Source of the DNA: Candidatus Brevifilum fermentans
Lineage (GTDB): Bacteria > Chloroflexota > Anaerolineae > Anaerolineales > Anaerolineaceae
DNA: 32,000 nucleotides
Reading direction: 5' to 3'
NCBI RefSeq assembly: GCF_900184705.1
Contig: NZ_LT859958.1
Coordinates: forward strand, 793,081-825,080
The stretch's first letter is position 1; every line of letters starts with the position of its first letter. Under the pieces are notes generated by a model. The model ran no database searches. It was not told where the DNA came from and was given only the letters and a program-made list of their open reading frames with translations. Below are positions 1-9,450 of this stretch, in pieces. The translations under genes were made by a program, and so were the position numbers.

Positions 1-859
1 ACTAACCGGCTGGCGGATTGATATAAAGAGCCTGGTAGAAGCCGCCGCTGATGCCGTGAGGAAATTACAGGAAGATCCTGCCTATGCTGAAATGGCAGAG
101 CGCGAGGCTGAAGCTCAGCAAAAAGTCGCCATTATGCTTGAAAAGAAGGATGAAGGTCGACCTTTACCACCTGAAGACTATACGTTCATGACGAAATTTA
201 TCAATCGCGTTGAAAAACGCGTTGAAGAGAAGATGCGTGAAGAAAACCTTGAGGAGAAACGACGTTACGATGCTGCCCGGGCAACGGTACCGGAGTTAGC
301 TTATGAAATTAACATTCTCGATGTGGACCTGAAAGAGCACATTTTGGTTATTCTCCAGGGAGCCGGGATAGACACCCTTGGTGATCTGGTTCTGCAAGTC
401 CGCTTAAACCCGGATCGAATTTTAGGGTTGAATGGAATTGGTCCGAAGACCTTTGAACAGATTCAAGCCTTAACCGATGGCTTGCGTGTGAGCCCGGAAG
501 AAGCGGTTTCCGTCGATGATGCGCAGACCGAAGAAATACCCGCCATTGAAGAAATTCTGGAAGCGGTTCCGGTTGACGTCGATGAGCCGGTGGTGGAGAC
601 GCCGGTGCAAGAAGAGGTTGAGCTTGTCGAACCGGTTGCTCCAGTAAAGCCAGAACCAGTCGAGAAAGAAAAAGAAGAAGAGCCGGAAGATGATTTTGAC
701 AAACTCTTCACCTATGATGCCGCCAAATATGGGTATTATGAACCTGAGAAGGCGATATTTGATGATGATGAGGAAGAACAAATCAAACCGACAAAGAAGA
801 AAAAACGAAAAAAACCGCGCCCACAATTGGATGACCCCGATCCTTGGGATGGTTGGTAA
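1..859 (+). CDS. nusA: Transcription termination/antitermination factor NusA, C-terminal part (5' end lies upstream of the window; codons start at nt 2)
   Basis: Translation from nt 2 reads LTGWRIDIKS, the end of the NusA KH2 region. A helix-hairpin-helix segment (GLNGIGPKTFEQI) and an acidic tail follow. Stop TAA 857-859. The canonical ylxR-infB-rbfA-truB neighbours lie downstream. Confidence 0.9.
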   Translation, partial: LTGWRIDIKSLVEAAADAVRKLQEDPAYAEMAEREAEAQQKVAIMLEKKDEGRPLPPEDYTFMTKFINRVEKRVEEKMREENLEEKRRYDAARATVPELAYEINILDVDLKEHILVILQGAGIDTLGDLVLQVRLNPDRILGLNGIGPKTFEQIQALTDGLRVSPEEAVSVDDAQTEEIPAIEEILEAVPVDVDEPVVETPVQEEVELVEPVAPVKPEPVEKEKEEEPEDDFDKLFTYDAAKYGYYEPEKAIFDDDEEEQIKPTKKKKRKKPRPQLDDPDPWDGW

Positions 860-883
860 ACTTAAGTATTGAGTTGCGATTGA

Positions 884-1207
884 ATGGCTAGGAATAAGTT
901 CGGTCGGAAAAAACACGTTCCCCAACGGACCTGTGTGGGCTGCCGAGAAGTCTTACCAAAGAAAACATTGATCAGGATCGTAAAAGGACCTGAAGGTGTG
1001 GATGTGGATTTGACCGGTAAAGCTCATGGCAGGGGCGCTTATTTGCACGATCAACGTGCTTGCTGGGAACGTGGTGTAAAAGGCGCACTTGACCATGCCT
1101 TACGAACCCGGCTTACAGACGAAGAACAGCAAAAATTAATGGCGTTCTTTGACGAACATCTTGGGAAGGACAGTCAGGGTCAAAAGGGGGCAGAGGAATT
1201 GTCATGA
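884..1207 (+). CDS. ylxR: YlxR/RnpM family (DUF448) RNA-binding protein
   Basis: 107 aa with the PQRTCVGCR...LIRIV signature. It sits in the conserved position between nusA and infB. Confidence 0.9.
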   Translation: MARNKFGRKKHVPQRTCVGCREVLPKKTLIRIVKGPEGVDVDLTGKAHGRGAYLHDQRACWERGVKGALDHALRTRLTDEEQQKLMAFFDEHLGKDSQGQKGAEELS

Positions 1208-1311
1208 TGAAGTAAACTCATCTGATCGCTCCTCAGCAGTTGAAGAACGTAAATGATTTTGGCGCGGTGACATCACGGCGACAGAAATCTGAAAAATTAT
1301 GGAGGTGTAAT

Positions 1312-3099
1312 GTGAGCGATACTGAGATGAAAAAAATTATTTTACCTTCCAATATCAGCGTACGTGCGCTGGCAGAAAAAATAGAAGCCAGTCCAATTGA
1401 GGTTATTAAAGTCCTGATGGCCAACGGCGTGATGGCCAGCATCAACCAAAATATCGATTTTGACACGGCTGCCGTTGTTGCCAGCGAGCTCGGGTTTGAA
1501 CCCGAGCTTGAAAAAAGGCTTGAAGAAGAACCGGAAGAAAAGGGTGAAATCCCGTTTTGGCGACGGGTGATCGCGCGTGAAAACGAGAAAGATCTGGTCG
1601 CTCGTCCGCCTGTGGTGACGATACTGGGTCATGTGGATCATGGTAAAACAACGCTCTTAGACGCTATTCGACAGACGAACGTTGCTGCTGGCGAAAAAGG
1701 GGGCATCACACAGCACATCGGGGCGTACCAAATTGAGCATAAGGGCAAAAAGATCACTTTCATGGATACACCCGGCCATGCGGCTTTCACGTCCATGCGG
1801 GCACGCGGCGCCCAGGGCGCAGATATTGTCATCCTGGTGGTGGCGGCGGATGACGGTGTTATGCCTCAAACCCGTGAAGCAGCCAATCATGCCAAGGCTG
1901 CCCGGGTGCCAATTGTGGTAGCACTCAATAAGATGGATTTAGCAACAGCCAATCCCGAACTTGTCAAACGACAATTAGCGGAAATTGATCTGGTCCCTGA
2001 TGAATGGGATGGCGATACGATGATTGTGCCAGTCTCGGCCATAAAGAAGCAGGGTTTGGATGACCTTCTGGAAGCGATTCTTCTGACGGCTGATCAGATT
2101 GATATCAGGGCAAATCCTAAGGGAGAAGTTCTGGGCACTGTGGTTGAGGGCGAACTGGACCGATTCCGTGGTGTTTTAGCCACTTTGCTGCTTCAAAACG
2201 GGACAGTCAAAATGGGAGATACGGTCCTGGCTGGCAAAGCCTACGGCAAGATTAAAGCGATGTTTGATTACCGGGGAAACCGCATTTCAAAAGCAGGTCC
2301 ATCTACACCGATTGTGATCATGGGATTGAATGAAGTGCCCAATGCGGGCGACCTGTTCAGGGTGGTTGCATCCGAAAAGGACGCCAGATCAATTGTTGCT
2401 GAAATTGAATCCGGTGAGAGAACCTTTACCAGGCCGACCAAAGTCACCCTGGAAGACCTGTTCGAGAAGATGCAGGCTGGAGAAACACAGGAATTGCGCT
2501 TGATCATAAAAGCCGACGTGCAGGGATCTTTGGAGCCAATCACCAGTTCACTGCATGAACTAGGTGATCAACATCCTGAGGTTTCGATCGTAATTTTGCA
2601 TCAGGAGATCGGCAATATCTCTGAGAGTGATGTGATGCTGGCGACGGCTTCAGATGCGATTGTGATCGGTTTTGCTGTGGAAGCCGACAATGCTGCTGAG
2701 CGGCTTGCCGAAAAAGAGGGTGTTTCCATCCGTTTGTATACTGTCATCTACCATCTCTTGGAAGATGTAGAAAAAGCCATTAAGGGGATGTTGAAGCCTG
2801 AAATGGTGGAGCGTGTGATCGGAAAAGCCAACGTGCTGGCGACCTTCAGCGTTTCACGGTTCAAAGTTGCCGCTGGCTGTCGTGTAATTAGTGGTGAAAT
2901 TCGCCGTAATGGACACATGCGCGTCATCCGGGATGGTAAGGTCATTTTTGATGGTGAAATTGCTTCTCTTAAGCGGGAAAAGGATGACGTCCGCGAAGTT
3001 CGTGAGGGTTTTGAGTGCGGTGTTGCATTGAAAAATTTCCATGCTTTTGAGGTCGGAGACTTGCTGGAATGCTACATTTTTGAGAAGGATGCCGCTTAA
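1312..3099 (+). CDS. infB: Translation initiation factor IF-2 (short form without a long N-terminal domain)
   Basis: G-domain motifs [14 protein letters not shown] and NKMD, then IF2 domains through to the C terminus. The ORF track starts at 1240. I prefer GTG 1312 because GGAGGTG lies at 1301-1307; ATG 1327 is also possible. Confidence 0.93.
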   Translation: MSDTEMKKIILPSNISVRALAEKIEASPIEVIKVLMANGVMASINQNIDFDTAAVVASELGFEPELEKRLEEEPEEKGEIPFWRRVIARENEKDLVARPPVVTILGHVDHGKTTLLDAIRQTNVAAGEKGGITQHIGAYQIEHKGKKITFMDTPGHAAFTSMRARGAQGADIVILVVAADDGVMPQTREAANHAKAARVPIVVALNKMDLATANPELVKRQLAEIDLVPDEWDGDTMIVPVSAIKKQGLDDLLEAILLTADQIDIRANPKGEVLGTVVEGELDRFRGVLATLLLQNGTVKMGDTVLAGKAYGKIKAMFDYRGNRISKAGPSTPIVIMGLNEVPNAGDLFRVVASEKDARSIVAEIESGERTFTRPTKVTLEDLFEKMQAGETQELRLIIKADVQGSLEPITSSLHELGDQHPEVSIVILHQEIGNISESDVMLATASDAIVIGFAVEADNAAERLAEKEGVSIRLYTVIYHLLEDVEKAIKGMLKPEMVERVIGKANVLATFSVSRFKVAAGCRVISGEIRRNGHMRVIRDGKVIFDGEIASLKREKDDVREVREGFECGVALKNFHAFEVGDLLECYIFEKDAA

Positions 3100-3123
3100 T
3101 GGCATCATAAGGAGGAAAAGCTG

Positions 3124-3528
3124 ATGCCTTCAGAGATCAGAATAAAACGGATTCAAGATCAAATTAAACAGGTGTTGATCGAGATTCTGGATGGTAAGGT
3201 CAATGACCCTCGGCTTGAGCAGGTGTATATCACCGATGTCACTATCGACCGTGAGCTGGATTTTGCCAATATTTATGTTTCAGCGTTGGGAGGTGCTGAC
3301 CAGGCACAGGAGATTTTGGATGCTTTGCAAAAAGCAAGCGGTTTCATTCGTTACAATCTCAGCCAGGTCGTGAAGCTGCGTGTGATGCCTAAGCTCCGAT
3401 TCTATTGGGACGACACTCCCGAACGTGCAGAGCGGATTGAAGCCCTGTTGGAGATTATTCGCCAGGAACGTGAGTCGAGCGGCGAGCCTTTAAACGAATC
3501 CGAAGATAACGATGATATCTCAGATTGA
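3124..3528 (+). CDS. rbfA: Ribosome-binding factor A
   Basis: 134 aa. The RbfA-like N terminus (RIKRIQDQIKQVL...) matches, and the gene follows infB as expected. SD AAGGAGGA at 3109-3116. Confidence 0.9.
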   Translation: MPSEIRIKRIQDQIKQVLIEILDGKVNDPRLEQVYITDVTIDRELDFANIYVSALGGADQAQEILDALQKASGFIRYNLSQVVKLRVMPKLRFYWDDTPERAERIEALLEIIRQERESSGEPLNESEDNDDISD

Positions 3529-4507
3529 TCAAGACATTGCGGAAAAAATTTCTGCAGGCAAACGTTTTGTGATTGCTTCTCATATCCGACCGGACGCCGA
3601 TGCCGTTGGATCGTTGTTGGGCTTGGGGTTGGCATTAATGAAGGCGGGTAAAACGGTTCAACTGGTGCTTGAGGACGGCGCCGAAAAATATGATTATTTG
3701 CCTGGCAGCGAATATGTGATCCGATCCCCCGTGGGAGAAGCGGATATGATCATTGTTGTCGACTGTTCAGATGCAGAGCGCGTCGGCTCTGTTCTTAATG
3801 ATTATGGTCAACCCGACCTGGTGATTGACCATCATAAAACGAACCTCGCCTTTGGGAAAATCAATGTGGTGGAACCGGACCAGGTAGCAACAGCTGCGGT
3901 TTTGTTTGATCACATCCCAGCCTGGGGTTTGTCGATTGACCCTGATGTTGCCACCTGTTTGCTAAGCGGAATTGTGGGGGACACAATTGGTTTCAGAACA
4001 CCCAATGTCGATGCAAACCTTCTGCGTAAAGCGGCTTCGTTGATTGACCTGGGCGCTGATTTGAACCATGTCTACAATGAAGAATTGGTTTTGCGATCCT
4101 TTTCTGCGGTACACTATTGGGGTTTTGGTCTCAAACGAATAGAACTCCAGGGCGAGCTGGTTTGGACCAGCCTGACGCTGGCTGACCAGCAGGAATCAGG
4201 CTATGATCAAGGCGATGATGCTAACCTTGTCAATGTTCTATCTTCAATTCGGGAAGCAAAAATCGCATTATTATTTGTGGAACAACCCGGCAATTCAGTC
4301 AAAGTCAGCTGGAGGACCGGGCCCGGGTTGGATGTTTCTGAAATCGCGTACAGGTTTGGCGGTGGGGGGCATGCCGCCGCGGCTGGCGCAGACATAAAGG
4401 GCAGCCTGGCAGAAGTGAAGCACAGGGTAATTGCAGAAACACTCGAACTACTGGAAAACTCATCAATGAAAAACAGGAGTATAATACAGAAAAACTTTGG
4501 GGAGTAG
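3512..4507 (+). CDS. nrnA: DHH/DHHA1 phosphoesterase, NrnA-like (oligoribonuclease / pAp phosphatase)
   Basis: Motifs SHIRPDADAVGS, VIDHH and GGGHAAAAG. Overlaps the rbfA 3' end by 17 nt. Confidence 0.85.
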   Translation: MISQIDQDIAEKISAGKRFVIASHIRPDADAVGSLLGLGLALMKAGKTVQLVLEDGAEKYDYLPGSEYVIRSPVGEADMIIVVDCSDAERVGSVLNDYGQPDLVIDHHKTNLAFGKINVVEPDQVATAAVLFDHIPAWGLSIDPDVATCLLSGIVGDTIGFRTPNVDANLLRKAASLIDLGADLNHVYNEELVLRSFSAVHYWGFGLKRIELQGELVWTSLTLADQQESGYDQGDDANLVNVLSSIREAKIALLFVEQPGNSVKVSWRTGPGLDVSEIAYRFGGGGHAAAAGADIKGSLAEVKHRVIAETLELLENSSMKNRSIIQKNFGE

Positions 4508-4516
4508 GAAGTCAAT

Positions 4517-5434
4517 ATGAGCGAACTAGACTTTAATCTTAAAGATACAGTTTCGGGGGTACTGGTGATTGATAAACCAGTAGGAATGACATCTCATAGT
4601 GTTGTGCAGGTTGTGCGCCAGGGAACTGGAATTCGGCGAGCCGGGCATACCGGCACATTGGATCCCCGCGCTTCGGGGGTACTGGTGGTTCTGCTTGGGC
4701 CAGCTGTGCGGCTGAGTGAATATATCTCTGCCTCTGATAAGCGTTACCAGGCGATCATCCGCCTGGGAGAAACGACTGACACCTTTGATGGAGATGGCGA
4801 AGTAATCAGCCGTGCACCGGTGGATATCACCTTGGAAGAAATTGAGGAAGCGTTGAAAAAATTCGAGGGCAGGATTGAACAAGTTCCGCCCGCCTATTCT
4901 GCAAAGCGCATTCACGGAAAGAAAGCCTACGAACTGGCACGCGAAGGCGAAGAAGTAGAATTGGAACCGAAAGAGATTGATGTTTACCATCTTGAACTGC
5001 TTGAGTGGGACCCGCCTGAAGCTATTGTTGATGTTTTTTGTTCTTCGGGAACCTATGTGCGCTCCCTGGCGAATGATTTGGGTGAAGCCCTGGGTTGTGG
5101 AGGTCACCTGGTTGGCCTGCGCAGGACCAAAAGCGGTGAATTTGCCCTCAGGGATGCGGTCCAACTTAGAAAACTGGAAGAAGCTTTTGATTATGGTGAC
5201 TGGTATAAATATTTAATCCCTGCCGCTGAAGCCCTGGCTGATTGGCCCTCTCGTGAATTAAGCACAGAGGAAGTTGATCTGGTCCGCCATGGTCACCGTG
5301 TGACGAGTGAGACCCCGCCTGAAAACCCGGATCACTGGGTGCGGGCGATCAGCGAGCAAGGTGAGCTGGTGGCATTGATGGAGTACCTGCCAGAAGAGAA
5401 TGAATGGCAACCGAGAAAAGTTTTCTTCACTTAG
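4517..5434 (+). CDS. truB: tRNA pseudouridine(55) synthase TruB
   Basis: Motifs GVLVIDKPVGMTSH and GHTGTLDPRASG (catalytic Asp), in the conserved operon position. Confidence 0.93.
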   Translation: MSELDFNLKDTVSGVLVIDKPVGMTSHSVVQVVRQGTGIRRAGHTGTLDPRASGVLVVLLGPAVRLSEYISASDKRYQAIIRLGETTDTFDGDGEVISRAPVDITLEEIEEALKKFEGRIEQVPPAYSAKRIHGKKAYELAREGEEVELEPKEIDVYHLELLEWDPPEAIVDVFCSSGTYVRSLANDLGEALGCGGHLVGLRRTKSGEFALRDAVQLRKLEEAFDYGDWYKYLIPAAEALADWPSRELSTEEVDLVRHGHRVTSETPPENPDHWVRAISEQGELVALMEYLPEENEWQPRKVFFT

Positions 5435-5468
5435 TGCCGGCGATGATCGCTTTTAAGTTTAAAAAATT

Positions 5469-5502
5469 CACCCTTTCCTGGTCTTGATGGAGGGGTGGTT
5501 TT
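5469..5502 (+). terminator. Intrinsic terminator after truB
   Basis: Arm CACCCTTTCC (5469-5478) pairs with GGAGGGGTG (5489-5497), about 9 bp with one bulge. GTTTT follows. A TATAAT hexamer sits at 5502-5507, but its -35 is poor. Confidence 0.6.
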
Positions 5503-5525
5503 ATAATTATTGAGACATACGGTTT

Positions 5526-6479
5526 ATGCACCTTATCCCTGAACCAGACTTGAACATCGTGGAATTTTCAGCGCTCAAGCCGTTGGTCGATGCTGATACC
5601 TGCATCACGATCGGCAACTTCGATGGCGTCCATCGAGGTCACCAGGCGGTTATTGAACACATGCTCGAAATGGCACGAACACAATCCCAGGCTGTGATTG
5701 TGCTCACTTTTTACCCCAACCCTTCCGTATTTTTCAATCAACCGGTTCAACCGTTTTACCTGTCTTCACCGCGAGAAAAAGAAAACCAGTTGCTGACTTT
5801 GGGCGTGGACCGGGTAATCACCTTTCGATTTGACCGAGAATTTGCGGAGTTGACTCCGGAAGTTTTTATGTTGAAATTGAAAGAAACTTTGGGTTTACGT
5901 GTGCTGGTGGTCGGACAGGATTTTGCCCTTGGAAAGGGGCGGCAGGGGACCATTCCTTATCTTAATCAGTTGGGAGACCAGTACGGTTTTGAAGTTAGGG
6001 TTATCCCGCACCTTGATTATGGCGAGCAGGAGATCTCTTCCTCACGGATCCGAAATTACCTGGATGCGGGCGCGGTTGATGAAGCCCGTAAGCTTTTGGG
6101 GCGTCCATACCGGGTGACGGGAGAGGTGGCTCATGGCTCGGATCGGGGCAAGAAGATCGGACTACCTACCGCCAATGTTGCGCATTGGCCTGGAAAAAAA
6201 CTACCTGCCGTCGGCGTGTATGCCACCCTGGTGAACCTGGAAGGTGAGGTGTACCAGGGAATCACCAATGTCGGTTATCGACCCACCTTTGAAGAACAAA
6301 CCCGGGTGGATGTAGAGGCGTATATCCTGGATTTCTCGCAAGATATTTACGGACACAGCATCAGCCTTGATTTTATTCAAAAGATCAGGGACGAAAAAAA
6401 ATTTTCAGGTGTGGACGCATTATTGGCGCAAATCGCACGTGACAAAGCGCAAGCAAAAAGGATTTTTCAAAATGACTAA
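5526..6479 (+). CDS. ribF: Bifunctional riboflavin kinase / FMN adenylyltransferase
   Basis: 317 aa. N-terminal nucleotidyltransferase motif GNFDGVHRGHQ and C-terminal riboflavin kinase region (GLPTANV...GITNVGYRPTF). Confidence 0.93.
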   Translation: MHLIPEPDLNIVEFSALKPLVDADTCITIGNFDGVHRGHQAVIEHMLEMARTQSQAVIVLTFYPNPSVFFNQPVQPFYLSSPREKENQLLTLGVDRVITFRFDREFAELTPEVFMLKLKETLGLRVLVVGQDFALGKGRQGTIPYLNQLGDQYGFEVRVIPHLDYGEQEISSSRIRNYLDAGAVDEARKLLGRPYRVTGEVAHGSDRGKKIGLPTANVAHWPGKKLPAVGVYATLVNLEGEVYQGITNVGYRPTFEEQTRVDVEAYILDFSQDIYGHSISLDFIQKIRDEKKFSGVDALLAQIARDKAQAKRIFQND

Positions 6480-7905
6480 AACCAGGCGAATTTATCTTCT
6501 CAGACCCGGGGAATACAGTCCAGAGACCATCGCGGTCGCTTTTGCCAAAACCTCACGCTCGCCGCTGCCCTTTGATGAAATTGCTGCGGAGTTGAACGAT
6601 GAAAGCTCGGCGCGCTTTCATGAAAAATGGGTGGTTGGATATGGGCATAGCTCTGTGGCAGAACATGCAGTACTCCACCTGGCTTTCGAAAACGTCTCTC
6701 GACTGGCGATTGAGACTATCGAAGCCAACCGGCTGGCATCCTATACTGAAAAGTCGACCCGTTATCAACTCTGGGATGAGGACGCCTTTCATCTGCCTGA
6801 AGAACTGGTCGGCAGCCCCTATGAGACTGATTATTTAAACCTGTGCCAGACGCTGTTCAGGACTTATTTGCAGTGCATCCCACAATTGAAAAACTGGTTG
6901 CGAGAAACGCTGCCCAGGCACGCGGGCGAATCAGATAAGACATTCGAGCGGCGCCTGGAACCTGCTGCAATCGATTACGGGCGCTTTTTGCTGCCAGCTG
7001 CTTCCCTGGCTAACGTAGGGATGACGGTCAACGCTCGGACTTTAGAGTATGCGATCTGCAAAATGCTCAGTTCGTCTCTGGCTGAGGTGCGCGCCATCGG
7101 TGAGCGCTTGCTGGAGGTTTGCCAGCTTGAGACGCCAACCCTGGTTAAATATGCTGCCTGCAACGCCTATCTTCAGGGCGTCGAGCAAAAAATAACCGAA
7201 AGGGCTGCTGGGATTGCCACAGCGCTTGAAAGGCATCACGATTTTCGCCTGCTGGATTACGATCATGCAGGGCAGGAGCGGATATTGGCAGCAATCCTGT
7301 TTCGGTTTGGACACCAGGCTGATTTCCAAAGTGCTTACAAGTATGTGCTCAGCCTTAGCGAAGACGAAAAATGTCGCCTTGTGGAAACGTTGATGGAAGG
7401 CAGGGGAGCCTTCGACCAGCCCTTGCGCGAGTTTGAATACGCCCAAATGAGCTTTGAAGCCGTCATGGACCAGGGCGCGTATTTTGAATTCAAACGGCAC
7501 CGGATGATGACGCAAACCGTGCAACCCCTGACGGCGTCTCTGGGTTTTGCTGTGCCACAGGGAATCACGGCTGCCGGGTGTGAAGCAGAGTACCTGGATG
7601 CGATGCGCCAGGCTGCCGAGCTTTATGAGCGTGTCAGCGCCTGGAACCGTGCGGTGGCCAGTTATATGATCCCCAATGGTTTCAATCGCTGTGTTTTGTT
7701 CAGTATGAATTTGCGACAGGTGTTTCATTTTTGCAAGCTGCGCGGCGCAGAGAACGCACATTTTTCAATTCGTCGTGTGGCTTACCAGGTGGCGGAGGCT
7801 GTCCAGCAGGCATACCCGCTTTTAGGAGCCTATCTTGATATGCCTTCAGGTGAAACCTGGGAATCGATTGAGCAGCAGTACTTCAGCACTGTCAATACCT
7901 GTTGA
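6472..7905 (+). CDS. thyX: FAD-dependent thymidylate synthase family protein (ThyX/Thy1), double-length with two tandem ThyX-like halves
   Basis: The first half carries GHSSVAEH...ANRLASYTEKSTRY...VNARTLEY. The second half carries FKRHRMMT...MNLRQVFHFCKLRGAENAHFSIR. The ORF track start (6367) lies inside ribF. I prefer ATG 6472, giving an ATGACTAA overlap with the ribF stop. Confidence 0.8.
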   Translation: MTKTRRIYLLRPGEYSPETIAVAFAKTSRSPLPFDEIAAELNDESSARFHEKWVVGYGHSSVAEHAVLHLAFENVSRLAIETIEANRLASYTEKSTRYQLWDEDAFHLPEELVGSPYETDYLNLCQTLFRTYLQCIPQLKNWLRETLPRHAGESDKTFERRLEPAAIDYGRFLLPAASLANVGMTVNARTLEYAICKMLSSSLAEVRAIGERLLEVCQLETPTLVKYAACNAYLQGVEQKITERAAGIATALERHHDFRLLDYDHAGQERILAAILFRFGHQADFQSAYKYVLSLSEDEKCRLVETLMEGRGAFDQPLREFEYAQMSFEAVMDQGAYFEFKRHRMMTQTVQPLTASLGFAVPQGITAAGCEAEYLDAMRQAAELYERVSAWNRAVASYMIPNGFNRCVLFSMNLRQVFHFCKLRGAENAHFSIRRVAYQVAEAVQQAYPLLGAYLDMPSGETWESIEQQYFSTVNTC

Positions 7906-7931
7906 CCCGCACCTGAGATACTGTATCCAAC

Positions 7932-7963
7932 CCTGCCCAGTGAGAAAAGCCAAACTGGGCAGG
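7932..7963 (+). terminator. Perfect 10-bp hairpin after thyX (possible terminator without a U-tract)
   Basis: CCTGCCCAGT (7932-7941) and ACTGGGCAGG (7954-7963) with a 12-nt loop. No T-run follows. Confidence 0.3.
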
Positions 7964-8031
7964 CACACAGCCCTTGAATAATCTCGAGCGAAATTTACGC
8001 ATGCATAAGGGGTGATTTTCCTGGAGCGACT

Positions 8032-9096
8032 ATGAAAGCCTTAAACCGATTGATTAATTTATTGTGGAATAAAGATGAGAAGCGCCTGCGGGCTTTTTTG
8101 CGTCTGGGCATCCAGACCCTCATGGTATTGCTAGCGACCGGGTTTTTCACTGCGGTATTGATGTCTTCAGCGGCTCTCATCAGCAGGGCTGCAGGGACAA
8201 GTTTCAAAGATCAGCTTACTGTCGGTGGTTTGATCCAATGGACAGAACGACCGGTTTTTAACCTGATTATTGCACCCCTGTCAAATTTTTTTGGCTTTGG
8301 TTTGGCAACGTACCTGGCGGGTTTATGGATCGACCGTCGGCCTTTGCGAAAATTCGGAATCAACTTTAATGAAGGCTGGTGGGCTGATTTTCTGTTCGGC
8401 CTGGGTTTGGGGGCTGGATTGATGGTGATGATCTTTCTGATGGGTTGGCTGACAGGGAGCGTACGGATCAGCGGTTTTTTTGATGTTAATGCTCAAAATC
8501 ATTTTTTCCTGGGGATGATCCAATCTTTGATTGGCTATGTTCTGGTAGGTATCTATGAAGAGCTGCTTTCGCGAGGGTATCATCTGATCAACCTGGCGGA
8601 AGGGTTACACCACCCGCGGCTGGGAGCAAAGCCTGCCCTGTTGTTGGCTTATGCGCTGTCTTCGCTGGTATTTGGCGTGATGCATTTGAGCAACCCGAGT
8701 GCGACCTGGGTCAGCACGGTCAATGTTTCCCTGTCTGGACTTTTCCTTGGCTTGGGCATGATCCTCACTGGCAGCCTGGCAATTCCTATCGGCTTGCATA
8801 TCACCTGGAACTTTTTTCAGGGGAGTGTGTTTGGATTCGCAGTCAGCGGATTGCGAACCGGGGTTTCGGTGATTGGAACGGAGATTGTCGCCAATGCCTG
8901 GCTGATAGGTGGTGATTTTGGACCTGAATCGGGCTTGCTGAGCCTGGTAGCGATGATCCTTGGAAGTGCGCTGACGATTTTGTGGGTCAGGCGCAAAGGT
9001 CAACTTAAGCTTTACAGTGATTTAGCAGTTTACGAACCGCGGGTAAAGAAACAGCGGGCAAAAAAGTTAAGCAAAGATTTTCAAAATCAGCCTTGA
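8032..9096 (+). CDS. CPBP family intramembrane glutamic endopeptidase (CAAX protease-like)
   Basis: Polytopic membrane protein with the three CPBP motifs: YEELLSRGY, FGVMH and HITWNF. Confidence 0.85.
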   Translation: MKALNRLINLLWNKDEKRLRAFLRLGIQTLMVLLATGFFTAVLMSSAALISRAAGTSFKDQLTVGGLIQWTERPVFNLIIAPLSNFFGFGLATYLAGLWIDRRPLRKFGINFNEGWWADFLFGLGLGAGLMVMIFLMGWLTGSVRISGFFDVNAQNHFFLGMIQSLIGYVLVGIYEELLSRGYHLINLAEGLHHPRLGAKPALLLAYALSSLVFGVMHLSNPSATWVSTVNVSLSGLFLGLGMILTGSLAIPIGLHITWNFFQGSVFGFAVSGLRTGVSVIGTEIVANAWLIGGDFGPESGLLSLVAMILGSALTILWVRRKGQLKLYSDLAVYEPRVKKQRAKKLSKDFQNQP

Positions 9097-9120
9097 CAAA
9101 CAAACCAATATCCCTATAAT
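9093..9120 (+). promoter_or_regulatory. Consensus sigma-70-type promoter for the T-box/trpB2 transcript
   Basis: TTGACA 9093-9098, 16-nt spacer, TATAAT 9115-9120. Confidence 0.7.
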
Positions 9121-9126
9121 AAGTGC

Positions 9127-9450
9127 AAGTTAACAACTAAAGACTGAGATGAGGACTAGTAGGCACTGAAACGGTGTCACAGAAAGCAGCGTTTGATGAG
9201 AAGCTGCACACACGCCTGTGTTGAATGGACCTCGGAGTTTTTGAGGTGAACAGCAATCAGTAGCTTCAAACGGACACACCGCCGTTATCAGGGTGAAGGG
9301 TATACGTAGAATTTCTGCTGTACCTGAGTAATGAGTGAGGCTGGCCTGGATCCCGTTGCAACACCGACGGGTTTTTTGCTTAAACAGGTCGCCTAAGTTG
9401 GGTGGCACCACGGACAAAACGTTCGTCCCAATCCGGGATGAGCGTTTTTT
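9127..9450 (+). promoter_or_regulatory. T-box leader RNA (tRNA-Trp sensing, UGG specifier) with terminator/antiterminator
   Basis: Elements in order: GAUGAG K-turn element 9148-9153; AGUA 9158-9161; AGAAAG bulge 9181-9186; distal hairpin GCAGC/GCUGC 9186-9207. Then GAA-UGG-A specifier 9223-9229; CCGUUA (F-box-like) 9282-9287; stem III 9352-9371. Then the T-box core UAAGUUGGGUGGCACCACGG 9394-9413 and a terminator of 14 bp plus U6 at 9416-9450. Confidence 0.85.

Noticed and set aside
463-925. Ser/Thr-rich 82-aa and Phe-rich 151-aa ORFs antisense to the nusA 3' end.
   Set aside because: They are mirror images of the GAA/GAG/CCG-rich acidic tail of NusA, i.e. low-complexity artefacts.
4526-5164. 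Very long antisense ORFs opposite real genes: 4526-5164 (212 aa, opposite truB), 7042-7761 (239 aa, opposite thyX), 15924-16637 (237 aa, opposite proS) and 18099-18668 (189 aa, opposite the methyltransferase).
   Set aside because: The sense-strand genes have unmistakable family signatures. The antisense translations are R/G/P/H-rich with no motifs. An open codon-registered antisense frame is expected when the host avoids the TTA, CTA and TCA codons. I saw no independent start signals or SD sites.
6367-6471. Upstream start for thyX at 6367, giving 105 nt of overlap with ribF.
   Set aside because: The extra residues are the out-of-frame read of the conserved RibF C terminus. ATG 6472 gives the typical short overlap, and ThyX homology begins right after it.
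9352-9377. CCCGU-10 nt-ACGGG hairpin followed by U6 inside the T-box leader, considered as a second terminator.
   Set aside because: Its position immediately 5' of the T-box core matches canonical stem III. The 5-bp stem is weak for termination. At most it is a pause site.
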